Below the pieces are notes generated by a model. That model did not search any database. It was given only the letters and a program-made list of their open reading frames with translations, and was not told where the DNA came from. DNA of 64,000 nt, taken from positions 1,536,001-1,600,000 of the forward strand of contig OZ241362.1 of the NCBI GenBank assembly GCA_965200315.1, in the 5' to 3' direction. This DNA comes from Candidatus Latescibacterota bacterium (GTDB lineage Bacteria > Latescibacterota > UBA2968 > UBA8231). Position numbers and translations under genes: made by a program. How positions within the stretch are numbered: position 1 is the stretch's first letter; every line of letters starts with the position of its first letter. This document shows, piece after piece, positions 9,715 to 19,024 of this stretch.

Positions 9715-10848
9715 ATGCCCGATCGCCCTATGCTCATCATCGACGGCCACCTCGACTTGGCCTTCAACGCCCTCCACCACCGCCGCGACCTCACCCAAGA
9801 TGTGCGCGTCCTGCGCGAGCGCGAAGATCCCAAACCCGTAGGCCCTTCGCACCCCGACTCGCTGCGCGACAGGAAGCGCCCCGAAAGCACCGCACACGGC
9901 ACCGCTACCGTATCCTTGCCGCAGATGCGCCAAGGCTGCGTCGGCATCGCACTCTCGACCATTATGTGCCGCGTGCAGATGCCCACCGGCCTCCTCGACG
10001 ACGGCATGAGAACCCAAGAAGCGGCCCACGCCATCGGCCAATCGCATCTTCACTATTACAAAGCGCTAGAGCGCGAAGGTCAGCTCCGCTTCATCCGCGA
10101 CCCAAGCGATCTCGACGCGGCCATCGCCGCTTGGCAACATCCCGACTCAACGACCCCGATCGGCCTGATACTGAGCATGGAAAGCGCCGACCCCATCTTA
10201 GACCCTGAGCAAGTAAGTTGGTGGTGGGAGCAGGGCCTGCGCTCGGTTGGGCTAACGCATTTTGGTGCCAATACTTGGGGCCATGGCACCGGCACTCGCG
10301 GCGGGTTATACGCCGATGCTTATCCCTTACTCGACGCACTCGCCGCCACGAACATCGCCCTCGACCTAACCCACGCCTCGGACTTGGTCTTCTGGCAGCT
10401 TTTGGACTATTGGTCGGGACCGGTCCACGCCAGCCACTGCAATTGTCGCGCCCTCGTCCCCGGCCAGCGCCACCTCAGCGACGAGATGATTCAAGCCATC
10501 GCCGAGCGCGGCGGCGTCATCGGCGTGGTCTTCGCCGAGTTCATGCTCAATCCGGCAATCGACTTCGACGATCCAGCGACCTATCCGCAAACCGCCCGCC
10601 GCCCCATGTCGGCCGTCGTCGATCACATCGACCACATCTGCCAGCTCGTCGGCAACTGCACCCACGTGGCCATCGGCTCCGACCTCGACGGCGGCTTTGG
10701 GCGCGAAATGGCTCCCATCGACTACGACACCATTGCCGACCTACAGCACTTCCTCGACATCCTCGAGCGGCGGGGCTACGCGACCAACGACATTGCGGCC
10801 ATAGCCCATGGCAACCTCTCGCGCTTCTTCCGCCAAGCTTGGAGCTAA
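9715..10848 (+). CDS. Membrane dipeptidase family (peptidase M19) protein, paralogue 1
   Basis: DGHLD, SMESAD, DLTH, ASHCN and GSDLDGG motifs. Confidence 0.9.
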   Translation: MPDRPMLIIDGHLDLAFNALHHRRDLTQDVRVLREREDPKPVGPSHPDSLRDRKRPESTAHGTATVSLPQMRQGCVGIALSTIMCRVQMPTGLLDDGMRTQEAAHAIGQSHLHYYKALEREGQLRFIRDPSDLDAAIAAWQHPDSTTPIGLILSMESADPILDPEQVSWWWEQGLRSVGLTHFGANTWGHGTGTRGGLYADAYPLLDALAATNIALDLTHASDLVFWQLLDYWSGPVHASHCNCRALVPGQRHLSDEMIQAIAERGGVIGVVFAEFMLNPAIDFDDPATYPQTARRPMSAVVDHIDHICQLVGNCTHVAIGSDLDGGFGREMAPIDYDTIADLQHFLDILERRGYATNDIAAIAHGNLSRFFRQAWS

Positions 10849-10852
10849 CACA

Positions 10853-11926
10853 ATGCTCATCCTCGACAGCCACCTTGATCTAGCCTTCTCGGCCCTGCAA
10901 ATCAACCGCGACCTAACGCAAAAGGCGACGACCGTGCGCGTCCACGACTCGGTGCAAACCATGGAGGGCTTCGGCTCCTGCACGGTGACCTTCCCCGAGC
11001 TGCGCCGCGGCAAGGTCGGCCTCTTCTGCGGCACGGTGATGTCGCGCTTGGACCTAGGCGACCGCTGGACCCGCACTGGCATGTACTGCCAAGCCCAATG
11101 CCACGGCGTCGGCCGCGGGCATTTGGCGTACTACCAAGCACTCGAACGCGCGGGTTTGCTGCGGTTCGTCAAAAGCATCGCGGATCTCGACGCAGCCATC
11201 GCCGCTTGGCAAAACCCCGAGCCAACAACCCCCTTCGGCCTGATCCTCGCCATGGAGAGTGCCGATCCCATTTTAGGCCCGGACCAAGTGCCCGAGTGGC
11301 GCGAACTCGGCTTGCGCCTAGTGTCGATCTCGCATTACGGCACCAGTACCTACTCGCACGGCACCGGTACCGAGGGTGGGCTGTTGCCGCCGGCCAAACC
11401 CCTGCTCGACGCGCTCAACGCGGCCGGCATCATCATCGATTTGACCCACTTGACCGACCAAGCCCACTGGGAACTTTTGGAAATATACGACGGCCCGGTC
11501 TGCGCCTCGCACCACAATTGTCGCGCCTTGGTCCCCGGCCAGCGCCAGCTCACCGACGAAATGATCCGCTCCATCGCCGAGCGCGATGGGGTCATCGGCA
11601 CGGCCTTTGACGCCTGGATGCTCGACCCGGGCTGGCAGCGCAAAGTCCCCGCCTTTGAACAACTGACCAGTGCCACCTTGGAAACCGTCGCCGACCACAT
11701 CGACCACATCTGTCAACTTTTGGGCACGGCGCGCCACTGCGGCATTGGCACCGATCTCGACGGCGGCTTCGGTACCGAGCAAGCCCCGCGCAACCTCAAC
11801 ACCATCGCCGATTTGCAAAAACTCCAGCCCATCTTCAAGCACCGTGGCTACTCGCCAGCAGACATCGCAGGCATTTTTTCCGGCCACTGGATCCGGCTCT
11901 TTAAGGATGTATGGAGCCGCTCTTGA
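10853..11926 (+). CDS. Membrane dipeptidase family (peptidase M19) protein, paralogue 2
   Basis: DSHLD, AMESAD, DLTH, ASHHN and GTDLDGG motifs. Start reassigned to MLILDSH, with GGAG upstream. Confidence 0.9.
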   Translation: MLILDSHLDLAFSALQINRDLTQKATTVRVHDSVQTMEGFGSCTVTFPELRRGKVGLFCGTVMSRLDLGDRWTRTGMYCQAQCHGVGRGHLAYYQALERAGLLRFVKSIADLDAAIAAWQNPEPTTPFGLILAMESADPILGPDQVPEWRELGLRLVSISHYGTSTYSHGTGTEGGLLPPAKPLLDALNAAGIIIDLTHLTDQAHWELLEIYDGPVCASHHNCRALVPGQRQLTDEMIRSIAERDGVIGTAFDAWMLDPGWQRKVPAFEQLTSATLETVADHIDHICQLLGTARHCGIGTDLDGGFGTEQAPRNLNTIADLQKLQPIFKHRGYSPADIAGIFSGHWIRLFKDVWSRS

Positions 11927-12002
11927 TGCGCAACGACATCTAAGTCTATACTCTACATTCTCTTCTTTTTCGCTACAAATCGTTCAAAATCTTCTCTCAT
12001 TC

Positions 12003-12031
12003 TTGTTATTATTGCCATTTTTGCCTATACT
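12003..12031 (+). promoter_or_regulatory. Putative sigma70 promoter of ilvBH
   Basis: TTGTTA-N17-TATACT in an AT-rich spacer upstream of ilvB. Confidence 0.55.
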
Positions 12032-12089
12032 TTGCTCAGGCTAATTACATAATAATCTTCAAACCATCCATTTTTAGGGAGAAATCGAC

Positions 12090-13808
12090 ATGGCGAGAGG
12101 GGCTGACAAAGTGATCGAAGCGCTCGAACGCTTCGGCGTCGAGTACGTCTTTGGCCACCCGGGCGGCGCGGCCATGCCCATTTTCGACGCACTGCTCAAC
12201 TCCAAGCAGATCCGCTTCGTCCTCACGCGGCACGAACAAGGCGCGACCCACATGGCCGACGGCTACGCCCGCGCCACCGGCAAGCCCGGTGTCGTCCTCG
12301 TAACCTCCGGCCCGGGCGCAACGAACACCATCACCGGCCTGCTAACTGCGCTGATGGATTCCTCGCCCGTCATCGCCCTCACCGGCCAAACCGTCACCTC
12401 CATGCTCGGCAAAGACGCTTTTCAGGAGGCCGATGTCTTCGGCATCTCCATGCCGGTGGTCAAACACTCCTATCTAGTGAGAGACCCCAACGACATCCCC
12501 CGCGTGATGACCGAGGCGTTCCACATCGCCACCACCGGCCGCCAAGGGCCGGTGCTCGTCGATCTGCCCAAGGACGTCACGCAGGGTGCCCCCTTCCCCG
12601 AATGCAGCGCGAGCTTTCCCGAGAAGGTGTATTTGCCTGGGTACACTTGGCAGACCAAGCCCGCACCCGAGCTGCTCAAAGCCGCTGCCGCCCTCCTGCG
12701 CCGGAGCAAGCGTCCCCTGCTCTACTTGGGCGGCGGTTGCATCGCCTCGGGCGGTCACGAGGCGGCCAAGGCCTTTGCCGAAAAGACGCGGATGCCGGTG
12801 ACCAACACCCTGCTCGGCAAGGGAGCGTTCCCCGAACAGCACGCGCTTTCGGTGGGTATGCTCGGCATGCACGGCACAGCCTACGCCAACAAGGCCGTCG
12901 TCGGCTGCGACCTGATTATGTCGGTAGGCGGGCGCTGGGACGACCGGATCACCGGCAAGCTCGCAGAATTCTGCCCGGACGCCAAAAAGATCCACGTCGA
13001 CATCGACCCGGCCGAATACGGCAAAGTGATCGTGCCCGACGTTTTTATCGAAGGCGATGCACGCCAAGTGCTCGAAGAGCTAATCAACTATGTCGAACCA
13101 ATTGACACGGCATCCTGGCTGGCCCAAATCGACGAGTGGAAGGCGAAATACCCGCTCAAATACGGCAAGCGCGGCGGCCTCAAGATGCAGGCTGTTATCG
13201 ACCGCCTGTACGAACTAACCGCTGGCCGCGCCGTGGTAAGCACCGACGTCGGCCAGCACCAGATGTGGGCGGCTCAGTTCTACAAAACGGCCCACCATCG
13301 CCAGTGGCTTTCCTCCGGCGGTGCTGGCAGCATGGGCTTTGGCTTTCCCGCGGCCGTCGGTGCCCAATTTGGCCGCCCCGAAGAGATCGTGGTCGCCATC
13401 TGCGGCGACGGCGGCTTCCAGATGACCCTGTGCGAACTATCTACGGCCGCGCTCCACAGGCTGCCTATCAAGATTCTCGTCCTCGACAACAAATACTTAG
13501 GCATGGTGCGCCAGTGGCAGAACCTCTTCTTCGACAATCGCCTCTCCGGCGTCGATTTAGAAGGCAACCCCGACTTCGTCAAGCTGGCTGAGTCCTACGG
13601 ACTCAAGGGCTTCCGCATCAAGCGCACGGCCGACATCGACAAGGTTCTCAAGCAGGCTCTTGCCTACGACGAAGGCCCCTGCGTCATCCACGCCGAATGC
13701 GAAAAAGAAGACAACGTCTTCCCGATGATCCCCGCCGGGGCCGCGCTCACCGACATGCTAATCGAGGCCCCCAAGCAGAAACTGGCCCAGCCCAAAGGAA
13801 GTACCTGA
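12090..13808 (+). CDS. ilvB: Acetolactate synthase large subunit
   Basis: FGHPGGA, RHEQGA, TSGPGATN, TDVGQHQMW and the GDGGFQM ThDP-binding motif. Confidence 0.96.
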   Translation: MARGADKVIEALERFGVEYVFGHPGGAAMPIFDALLNSKQIRFVLTRHEQGATHMADGYARATGKPGVVLVTSGPGATNTITGLLTALMDSSPVIALTGQTVTSMLGKDAFQEADVFGISMPVVKHSYLVRDPNDIPRVMTEAFHIATTGRQGPVLVDLPKDVTQGAPFPECSASFPEKVYLPGYTWQTKPAPELLKAAAALLRRSKRPLLYLGGGCIASGGHEAAKAFAEKTRMPVTNTLLGKGAFPEQHALSVGMLGMHGTAYANKAVVGCDLIMSVGGRWDDRITGKLAEFCPDAKKIHVDIDPAEYGKVIVPDVFIEGDARQVLEELINYVEPIDTASWLAQIDEWKAKYPLKYGKRGGLKMQAVIDRLYELTAGRAVVSTDVGQHQMWAAQFYKTAHHRQWLSSGGAGSMGFGFPAAVGAQFGRPEEIVVAICGDGGFQMTLCELSTAALHRLPIKILVLDNKYLGMVRQWQNLFFDNRLSGVDLEGNPDFVKLAESYGLKGFRIKRTADIDKVLKQALAYDEGPCVIHAECEKEDNVFPMIPAGAALTDMLIEAPKQKLAQPKGST

Positions 13809-14386
13809 TGCCTACGACCACCATTAATTTTGCCGCCGAGGAACTCAATGCCCGCCAAGAGGCTGTGGACGCGCCTCAGCTCAAGCCGGCCGAACCCCAG
13901 CACAAGACCACCATCGGCCTACTGGTCAACGACCGCCCCGGAGTTCTAGTGAGGATCGCCCAGTGTTTTGCCCGCCGCGGCTACAACATCGAAAACTTGG
14001 TCGTCTCGCCAGCCCACGTCCCCCAGTGCTCGCGCATGACCATCACCAGCATTGGCCCCGCCATCGAGCTGCATCAGATCATCCTTCAGCTCAACAAGCT
14101 AGTCGATGTCATTCACGCCAAAGACCACTCGGCCGATAGTGCCATCACCCGCGAGTTGGCCCTCTTCAAGGTTGGCTGCTCGGTCGAAGAGCGCACCGAG
14201 GTCTTGCAGATTACCGAGATTTTCCGCGGCAAGACGGTCGATATCTCGGAGGAGACCATCACCATTGAGGCCACGGGCACCACCGAGAAGATGGACGCGC
14301 TCAAATCGCTTTTGGGCAAATTCGACCTCAAGGAAATGGTCCGCACCGGCAAAGTGGTCATGGCCCGCGGCAACGATCCGACATAA
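13808..14386 (+). CDS. ilvH: Acetolactate synthase small (regulatory) subunit
   Basis: VNDRPGVLVRI..FARRGYNIENL, LNKLVDVI, RELALFKV and EMVRTG motifs. TGATG coupling to ilvB. Confidence 0.95.
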   Translation: MPTTTINFAAEELNARQEAVDAPQLKPAEPQHKTTIGLLVNDRPGVLVRIAQCFARRGYNIENLVVSPAHVPQCSRMTITSIGPAIELHQIILQLNKLVDVIHAKDHSADSAITRELALFKVGCSVEERTEVLQITEIFRGKTVDISEETITIEATGTTEKMDALKSLLGKFDLKEMVRTGKVVMARGNDPT

Positions 14387-14640
14387 AAGGGATGTGACAG
14401 CTAATGGAGGGATTGAACAATTTGACGATTTATGAACCTTAGGAACCCTTTCGCCCCCAAATCATATTTAAAGAACCAACGAGAAACGCACTTGGTTCGG
14501 TCGTTTGGACTTTATGACAACGCCGTTGGCACACGAGAAATATCCCGCAAATCGAAACTTGGAATTTCTTAACCTCCGCACATGAACAAGCCAAACGTCA
14601 AATACCATCATTTTCTTGACATAATCGTTGCTTACCACAT

Positions 14641-14673
14641 AAAAAAGGGGACGGGTATCGCCCGCCCCCTTTC
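14641..14673 (-). terminator. Rho-independent terminator of the TonB-dependent receptor gene (possibly bidirectional)
   Basis: Minus strand reads AAAGGGGGCGGG-CGATA-CCCGTCCCC-TTTTTT. Confidence 0.8.
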
Positions 14674-14691
14674 TGCCTTCTGTATCCTCCC

Positions 14692-17562
14692 TTAAAACGC
14701 CACACCCAATTGCCCAAAGACCAAGCGGCCGATCTCCGGTGCCCCAATAAAGGTCCGGTGCTTGTTGTCGAGCGCATTGGAAACATCCACCCCGAGCCGC
14801 AGGTTGCTTCCGAACGGCAGCAAATAACTGGCGTTCAAATCGAGGAGCGAGTACGCGCTCACATCCCCGACGTACACCCCCGAATTTTGGCGGAACGCCC
14901 CCACATAGCGCCACTGCGCCCCGAGGATCAATTGCTCTTGGTCGAAGGTGTAGGACATGCCTAGCTTGAATTTGTTACCCGGCGCGTTGAGTGCTATATC
15001 GGCGATTCCATCAACTTTCTCAAATAACGTCTCATCGACATAAGAGTAGTTGCCCGTTAGCAACCACGAGTCACTCGGGAAATAGGCCAAGCTCATATCT
15101 AGACCGTTCAAGGTGATCTCGCCAAAGTTGCGATAGGTCAACATTACCGCGGCCGGGTCGAAGGCTTGCTCCGGCGTAACCGTACCAAACGGGATGCTCG
15201 CGGCCCCGCCGGCAAACAACGTGACAATTTCATCCACCGGCGAACCATTGCCGTTGCCAGACAAGGTGCCCGGGACCTGCATATTGTCGAGCGGGGCGAC
15301 CGCCGTGGCCAACTCTGCATTCTCGGTCAGCATCTCGCCGAGGCTGGCCCCCAGTGCCGCTCCGAGGCTGGCCGGCTCGAGGAAAACATTGGGCGTCTGT
15401 ACCTGAAGCGGAGAGACGAAATCCTCTATCCGGGTGTGATACAGGTCGGCTGCCACCACCAACTTCGAGCCGATCACTCCCTTGTAGCCCAGTTCAAAGG
15501 TCTCGGTCGTAGTAGAGCGGGTCAGCGGCACATCGAATACATCGCCCACTGGATCAAAGGGGGCTGGATCACCGGCAGTTACCTTCTCGAGATTGAGTGC
15601 GAGCAGGGCATTGTCCAACCCTGTCAGTTGTTCGGGCACTAGCGTAGCTAACCCGCCCAATAGCTGCTGGGCGGCCGCCTCAGCCGCTGCTTGGTCTAGC
15701 CCTTGCAGTACCCCTATCTGGGTCGCCGCCAGTCCTTGAAAAAGCGGTGTATTCAGGCGGCTCAGCACCCCGCTGCGCCCCAAACTCCACATGACATTGG
15801 TGAAAACCGGATCCCCCAAGTCGATGTGGTCCGACGCCTGCCTTCCTGCCAACGGCGCGAAAGGCGAGCGAAACTGTGGCCGCCCATTCCCCGAGCGCAC
15901 AAAAGTCCAGCCGCCAACAAAATCCTCGCGATAAGTCCCTTGCGCCCGCACGTCAATGGCCGGTGCAAACCCCAGCGACGGCTCAAAAGCCGCGCCAATG
16001 CCGAAGGCATCCCGGATGGCGAGCTTGTCCAAATAGAGGTTGCTGATCGATGGAGTCGCAAAGGCATGGTTGTACGTCAGCCGCAGGATTTGAGTCTCCC
16101 TCGGCTTGAACACTAGCCCGGCGCGGGGCGAGATTTCGGCGTCGGCAATGCGGTTGTGGTCATCGTAGCGCAGGGCCACCACCAAGTCGAGCATCTCGCT
16201 GAGAGCCGTCTCGCTCTGCACGTAGGCCCCGAACTCGTTGGTCAAGTCGTAGTCTTCGTTCCCGCCGTTGATGGTCCCCTCGGTATCCGGCCGCGTCAGC
16301 AGCACATCAACCCCGTAGGTAAAGCGCTGCCGCACTCCTAGCACAGAGGAGTGCTGGAGCTGGAAGGCGGTCAGTTTAGAGTTATCGATGATAGGCTCGC
16401 CATCGCGCAGAGTAAAAGTATTGCCGGCGTTGCTCCCATTCTGGAAGGCTTGGGCGAACCAATTCTTGTACAGCAGGCGAAGCTGGACGTAGTCGTACGC
16501 CCAGTCTCGGGCCTGGCCGGCCCCTAAGCCGGTCAATTCGATCTGGTCGGCCTTGTTGTATCCACCCGCCAGAATAGCCGTCAAGTCGTCTGTGACCCGG
16601 TAGTCTAAACGCGCTTCAACGGCTTGGCGCTCAATGTCAAAATTGCGCGGTTCGAGGGCTGGATTGGCGAGCCTAGCGCCCACCTCCACTGGGTCTTCGT
16701 ATTCCCAGTCCATCCCCGTATAGTGCTGGGCCGAGACCTTGTAGCCGAGGCGGTCGCCGACCGCCCCGGCGTGGCGCACGGACACCTGGCGCAGGCTGCG
16801 CTCGCCCAACCCCACTTGCGCACTGGTCCCCAACGAATTGAGCGGCGAGCGGGTGATGATGTGCATCACGCCGTTGGCACTATTAGGGCCGTAAAGCGCC
16901 GCCCCCGGCCCCAACACCACCTCGATGCGCTCGATATCGTCGTTGGTCACCGGAATGAAGTTGTAGGCATTCACTCGCAGAGAGGGGACACGGGCGATGC
17001 GATTGTCGGTCAACGTCAGCAAGGCACCCGAAAAGACATTGTTGAAGCCCCGCACGACCACATTGCTCTGCGCCAAGCCGGTCTGGGAAAAATCCACGCC
17101 CGGCAGATCGCGGATGTGCTCGACGACGCTGACCGCCGGCCGGTCGCGGATCTCCTTGGCCTCAACCACTGCCACCGAGGCCGGGGCTTCAAGGACTTTT
17201 TCCTGGCGTCGCGAAGCCGAGACTACGTTCTGGTCGAGGAAGATGATCCCCGTCTCCAGCGTCAGCGTCAGCTCCTGCTCGCCAGCGACAATGGCAACCT
17301 CTTCTCGCGTTAGAAGCCGATAGCCGATATGCGTGACGCTGAGCTGATACTTGCCAGCCGGCAGCCCTTCCAAGCGAAAGCGACCGTCTTCGTCGGTGGC
17401 CGTACCGATCGTACCGCCCGCAAGCAGGTCGCCGACGAGGACGACGTTAGCACCGGGAATCGCTTCGCCCTCCGGTCCCATCACGACGCCCGCAAGCGTC
17501 CCTTCTTCGGCGAAGGCGACGCCCGCCCACAGCACGAAGGCACATAAAAGCAACTTGTTCAT
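14692..17562 (-). CDS. TonB-dependent outer-membrane receptor with N-terminal carboxypeptidase-regulatory-like domain
   Basis: Signal peptide MNKLLLC..AFA, VVSASRRQE, plug motif IERIEVVLGPGAALYG..GVMHIIT, NALD and C-terminal Phe. Confidence 0.93.
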   Translation of the reverse strand: MNKLLLCAFVLWAGVAFAEEGTLAGVVMGPEGEAIPGANVVLVGDLLAGGTIGTATDEDGRFRLEGLPAGKYQLSVTHIGYRLLTREEVAIVAGEQELTLTLETGIIFLDQNVVSASRRQEKVLEAPASVAVVEAKEIRDRPAVSVVEHIRDLPGVDFSQTGLAQSNVVVRGFNNVFSGALLTLTDNRIARVPSLRVNAYNFIPVTNDDIERIEVVLGPGAALYGPNSANGVMHIITRSPLNSLGTSAQVGLGERSLRQVSVRHAGAVGDRLGYKVSAQHYTGMDWEYEDPVEVGARLANPALEPRNFDIERQAVEARLDYRVTDDLTAILAGGYNKADQIELTGLGAGQARDWAYDYVQLRLLYKNWFAQAFQNGSNAGNTFTLRDGEPIIDNSKLTAFQLQHSSVLGVRQRFTYGVDVLLTRPDTEGTINGGNEDYDLTNEFGAYVQSETALSEMLDLVVALRYDDHNRIADAEISPRAGLVFKPRETQILRLTYNHAFATPSISNLYLDKLAIRDAFGIGAAFEPSLGFAPAIDVRAQGTYREDFVGGWTFVRSGNGRPQFRSPFAPLAGRQASDHIDLGDPVFTNVMWSLGRSGVLSRLNTPLFQGLAATQIGVLQGLDQAAAEAAAQQLLGGLATLVPEQLTGLDNALLALNLEKVTAGDPAPFDPVGDVFDVPLTRSTTTETFELGYKGVIGSKLVVAADLYHTRIEDFVSPLQVQTPNVFLEPASLGAALGASLGEMLTENAELATAVAPLDNMQVPGTLSGNGNGSPVDEIVTLFAGGAASIPFGTVTPEQAFDPAAVMLTYRNFGEITLNGLDMSLAYFPSDSWLLTGNYSYVDETLFEKVDGIADIALNAPGNKFKLGMSYTFDQEQLILGAQWRYVGAFRQNSGVYVGDVSAYSLLDLNASYLLPFGSNLRLGVDVSNALDNKHRTFIGAPEIGRLVFGQLGVAF

Positions 17563-17642
17563 AATTAGCTCCTTATTCTTAAATTTGGGACCAAATTTAT
17601 CCCCCAAAACCCGATCCCGCTACCCAAATAAGTAGTAGGACA

Positions 17643-17738
17643 GTGGTCGGTGGTCAGTGACCAGTGACCAGGCCCCCTACCTCCCGACCCCTAGGGTGCG
17701 GTGCGGGGACTGACCACTGGCCACCGACCGCCGACCAC
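17643..17738. repeat. Long hairpin built from inverted heptamer tandem repeats (GTGGTCA/G, GTGACCA)
   Basis: Left arm 17643-17671 matches the reverse complement of right arm 17710-17738 at 24/29 positions. Confidence 0.8.
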
Positions 17739-17814
17739 CACTCTATTGATTCTACGCGTCTCCATTGCGTATTTTCTCGGCCTTAATCCACCTACGCTAG
17801 CGGAGATTTATTTT

Positions 17815-18834
17815 ATGCCAGACAAACTCAAGCTCGCCTTTATTGGCTGCGGTGCCATCGCTCGCTTTCACCTCGACGGCATCAAGGGCCACGCTCCCCG
17901 CATCGATGTCACCGCGTTAGTCGATCTCGACGAATCCAAAGCCCAAGCCTACGCCGCTGAAACCGGCGGGCGGGCCTTCACCTCGCTCGACGCAGCCCTC
18001 GCAAAGGGCGACTTCGACGCCGTCGACATCATGCTGCCCCACGACCTGCACGAGTCCATCGCCATCCAGTGCCTCGCCGCCGGCAGGCACGTGCTTTTGG
18101 AAAAGCCCATGGCCCCCACACTCGACGCCTGCGACCGCATTCTCGCCGCGGCCAACGCGGCCCCGGGCGTCTTTATGGTTGCGGAAAACAGCCAGTACTG
18201 GCCCGAAATTGTCGAGGCCCAAAAGCACCTTGCCGCCGGAGCTATCGGCGAGATCATCACCGCCCGCGCGGCCTTTGTCTATCCTTTTGACTCCTACTGG
18301 TTCAAAGAAGAGCGGCCCTGGCGCTACGAAAAGGGGCGCACTGGCGGCGGCATCGCCATTGACGGCGGCTCGCACTGGATCCGGCCCTTGCGCATCTGGA
18401 TGGGCGAAATCAAAGAGGTGGTGGGCGTACTGGAGCATCCGCTCGCACAAATGGAGGGCGAGTCCCTCGCCCGCGCACTCTTCCGCTTTGACTCGGGCAA
18501 GACCGCCATCTTCGACGCCATGATGATCGACACGGTCTTTGCCCCGGACCCTTGGTGGCGCATTACCGGCACCAAGGGCGAGCTGACCATCAACGCCGCT
18601 CTCGACGGCGCCGAACTCTATCTGTGGGACGCAGACCATCCCGAAGGCAAGCGACTCTTTGCGAGCGCAGGTTACACCGAGTCCTTTGGGCCGGAGCTAG
18701 CCGATTTTGCCGCCGCGGTCCTCGACGGCAAGGCCCCGGACGCGCCAGCGGAACACGCCCTCGGCGAGCTGCGCACGGCCTTGGCCCTCTATCGCTCGGC
18801 CGCTAGCCAGCGGTGGGAACCGGTGTGGGCGTAA
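17815..18834 (+). CDS. Gfo/Idh/MocA family oxidoreductase
   Basis: IGCGAIA, HVLLEKPMA and GGGIAIDGGSHWI motifs. Start reassigned to MPDKLK. Confidence 0.92.
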   Translation: MPDKLKLAFIGCGAIARFHLDGIKGHAPRIDVTALVDLDESKAQAYAAETGGRAFTSLDAALAKGDFDAVDIMLPHDLHESIAIQCLAAGRHVLLEKPMAPTLDACDRILAAANAAPGVFMVAENSQYWPEIVEAQKHLAAGAIGEIITARAAFVYPFDSYWFKEERPWRYEKGRTGGGIAIDGGSHWIRPLRIWMGEIKEVVGVLEHPLAQMEGESLARALFRFDSGKTAIFDAMMIDTVFAPDPWWRITGTKGELTINAALDGAELYLWDADHPEGKRLFASAGYTESFGPELADFAAAVLDGKAPDAPAEHALGELRTALALYRSAASQRWEPVWA

Positions 18835-18837
18835 TGC

Positions 18838-18866
18838 TTGCACGAACCGCTCCTTTGGGATATATT
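18838..18866 (+). promoter_or_regulatory. Putative sigma70 promoter of the ppdK-parAB operon
   Basis: TTGCAC-N17-TATATT, about 160 nt upstream of ppdK. Confidence 0.5.
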
Positions 18867-19024
18867 CAGCCCTGCGAGGCCGTTCCTCGAAGCACTGAGC
18901 ATGTTCGACCCTTGGACTCTTCCCCAACACCCAAATTCGCCCCCTTTTCAAGCTCAGCGGCAAAGGCTATCAAGGCCGAATGCCCGCTCAATTCAAAATG
19001 CATTATTTATAGAATAGGAAAGCA

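Noticed and set aside
11927-12052. Ile/Leu/Val-rich frame (SLILVIIAIF) upstream of ilvB as an attenuator leader peptide
   Set aside because: There is no start codon ahead of the ILV run, it overlaps the predicted promoter, and no terminator hairpin follows.
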